From a virus (lineage: Duplodnaviria > Caudoviricetes), in the IMG/VR virus record IMGVR_UViG_3300031857_000214, positions 1 through 57,842 of that record: a DNA stretch of 57,842 bases. One strand, 5' to 3'. Within the stretch, counting starts at the first letter, position 1, and each line of letters begins with the position of its first letter. The notes under the pieces were generated by a model that worked only from the letters and a program-made list of their open reading frames with translations, ran no database searches and had not been told where the DNA came from. Shown here one piece after another: positions 56,152 through 57,842 of this stretch. A program made the position numbers and the translations under genes.

Positions 56152-57842
56152 TTAGAAGTTATTATAGCCTGTTAATTTTATTTGTGTAGAATTTAAGTTT
56201 ATACCTAATTGATTGCCATTTATATCACTCGCGTCCATAACTGTAGACACCTTAACCGATGTTGCAACATCAATACCTGCACCTATTGTTGAGAATTTTA
56301 GCTTAAATGGAGTGCTAACACCTGTTATTGAGCCTTGCTTGTTTTGGTCTAATGCTCCAAATTTAACCACCCCTTCTTTCGTGTTTGCAAATATGTACCA
56401 ACCGCTAGGAACAAATGTGGCTAAATCTTCAAATTTAACCAATGAAGGATTGTAACTGAATTCTAGTTGCAAGCCAGTAACCTGATTCCCCTTGGCATCA
56501 ACTGAAACAGGTATCTCAAAATTATTTGATGTTACTGTTACGTTAGGTATATTAACATCAATAGAAGTGTAAGCGATAAGCGTGTTTAAGTAAGGCCCAT
56601 TAGTAGCATTGGCCATTTTGGTTGACGTTTCATTAAACAAGATGTTTGTTTGTAGGCTAGGTATCGCATTAGTTTTTATGGTAGATACCCCATTTGAGCT
56701 TGTTACAACTTGAGATGAATGAGAGCGGTTTACGTCTCCCCATAATAAATACTTTAAGTTTAGTGAAGCATTTGTTCCTAGCACGCCTGTTTTAAAATAA
56801 GTGCGAGGCATTGTGATTGTTTTCCAATTAGACTTTGTTATAGCTCCCCAAGCATTGCTAGGAGATACAACAAAATCAAATTCAGCTTGTAATGCGTAAT
56901 CAGGGCCCCCATTCATATTTCTTATGTTAGCTATATATGTAGAAGTGCCATCTATTGCTTTTGATAATGTAGAAGGAACTTTATATACTGCCCAGCCACC
57001 AACATTACTTTCGTACTCAATAGGTCCTGTATATATATCAAACAGCTGTATACTGCTTAATTCATTTGGGTTTATGCCAGATGTAAATTCGCGCATATCA
57101 ATATACAGCTTACTCATAGAGGAGGCATTTGGTGTTACATAAGCCCATTCTACTTGACCGGCTGTTGTATTGATTTCGGCAGCGTTCCATGTAGGCATAC
57201 TCATATATCCACCTGTACCTGTTGTATAGGCAGCAGGAAGCTTAAACAATGTGTCCAATCCAACTACCTGAGCTAACAATCTAGGTAAATCTCCAGCATC
57301 TATTTGTTGGTTTCTATTAATATCTCCTGCAAAATAAGACTGACCTGTATTCAGTATGTTTCCTAAATCGCCGTTTGTACCTAATCCGTTTTGGGTAAAT
57401 TCTTTTTGAATATTTGTAAAATCTGATATTGTTATTGCACTATTGTATATGGCATACATTTTATCCATTTCGTACATTACCGAAACATCATATACCCTAT
57501 TTGGAGATAACAAATTTTGATTAATGTCAACATCCCCATTTGATGTTACGTTAAATAACTGACCTGTATTTGAGACTGTATCCCTAAATGAAACTTTTAA
57601 GTTTGTAATATTAAGCAAGTTTGTATTTGCATCTACTTTAGCTGTTACATATTTCCCAAAGTTTTGGTTCATATTAACGCTTGTAGATAAAGGTGATTCC
57701 ATAATTGTAGCGTCTTGTACCCCCTGACTATTCCATCCTGCTACAAAATTTAACTTAATAGGATTAAATGTGTATGCGGTAGAAGTAGGCTTGAGTTTAA
57801 ACTTGACAACTATCATCCTATCGTATGCGTTATATGGCATGG
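56152..57842 (-). CDS. Cohesin/dockerin-domain protein, truncated at right edge
   Basis: Dockerin-like AITISD...GDINRNQQIDAGDL; C-terminal cohesin-like IPVSVDAKGNQVTGLQLEFSYNPSLVKF; frame open to edge. Confidence 0.7.
   Translation of the reverse strand, partial: MPYNAYDRMIVVKFKLKPTSTAYTFNPIKLNFVAGWNSQGVQDATIMESPLSTSVNMNQNFGKYVTAKVDANTNLLNITNLKVSFRDTVSNTGQLFNVTSNGDVDINQNLLSPNRVYDVSVMYEMDKMYAIYNSAITISDFTNIQKEFTQNGLGTNGDLGNILNTGQSYFAGDINRNQQIDAGDLPRLLAQVVGLDTLFKLPAAYTTGTGGYMSMPTWNAAEINTTAGQVEWAYVTPNASSMSKLYIDMREFTSGINPNELSSIQLFDIYTGPIEYESNVGGWAVYKVPSTLSKAIDGTSTYIANIRNMNGGPDYALQAEFDFVVSPSNAWGAITKSNWKTITMPRTYFKTGVLGTNASLNLKYLLWGDVNRSHSSQVVTSSNGVSTIKTNAIPSLQTNILFNETSTKMANATNGPYLNTLIAYTSIDVNIPNVTVTSNNFEIPVSVDAKGNQVTGLQLEFSYNPSLVKFEDLATFVPSGWYIFANTKEGVVKFGALDQNKQGSITGVSTPFKLKFSTIGAGIDVATSVKVSTVMDASDINGNQLGINLNSTQIKLTGYNNF

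Noticed and set aside
1-57842. Stop-codon reassignment, integrase or introns
   Set aside because: Standard code gives dense full-length genes; no recombinase or intron/intein motif recognised in terminase or helicase

Overview
An AT-rich, incomplete (both edge ORFs truncated) genome segment of a tailed, podovirus-type phage of a Bacteroidota host (TAnnTTTG/TTTG promoters, A-rich SD-less starts). The virion module resembles that of crAss-related/Flavobacteria phages, but no virion RNA polymerase or DNA polymerase is seen in the window. Layout: (i) 1-30383 minus strand: RepL-like HTH, small basic/core proteins, a paralogue array with a shared GG leader, GroES-like protein, terminase, portal, scaffold, major capsid, ring/tail proteins and ejection proteins; (ii) 30384-31180 divergent non-coding control region with palindrome and direct-repeat arrays; (iii) 31181-50238 plus strand early/middle genes: amidoligase + class II glutamine amidotransferase, DnaA-domain-IV protein, PAPS-reductase family, ERF + exonuclease, Dps-like, SSB-like, primase-helicase, phosphoesterase; (iv) 50235-57842 minus strand: lysis genes, preceded in transcription by a CsgG / beta-barrel / lipoprotein / cohesin-dockerin envelope module. 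Most interesting: the CsgG-cohesin/dockerin module, the shared-leader polymorphic protein array, a densely structured ~620 nt ncRNA candidate, a loop-loop/terminator switch, a TACGA-N6-TCGTA operator family and a split tail-nozzle gene. All family calls come from motif recognition by eye, not database searches.
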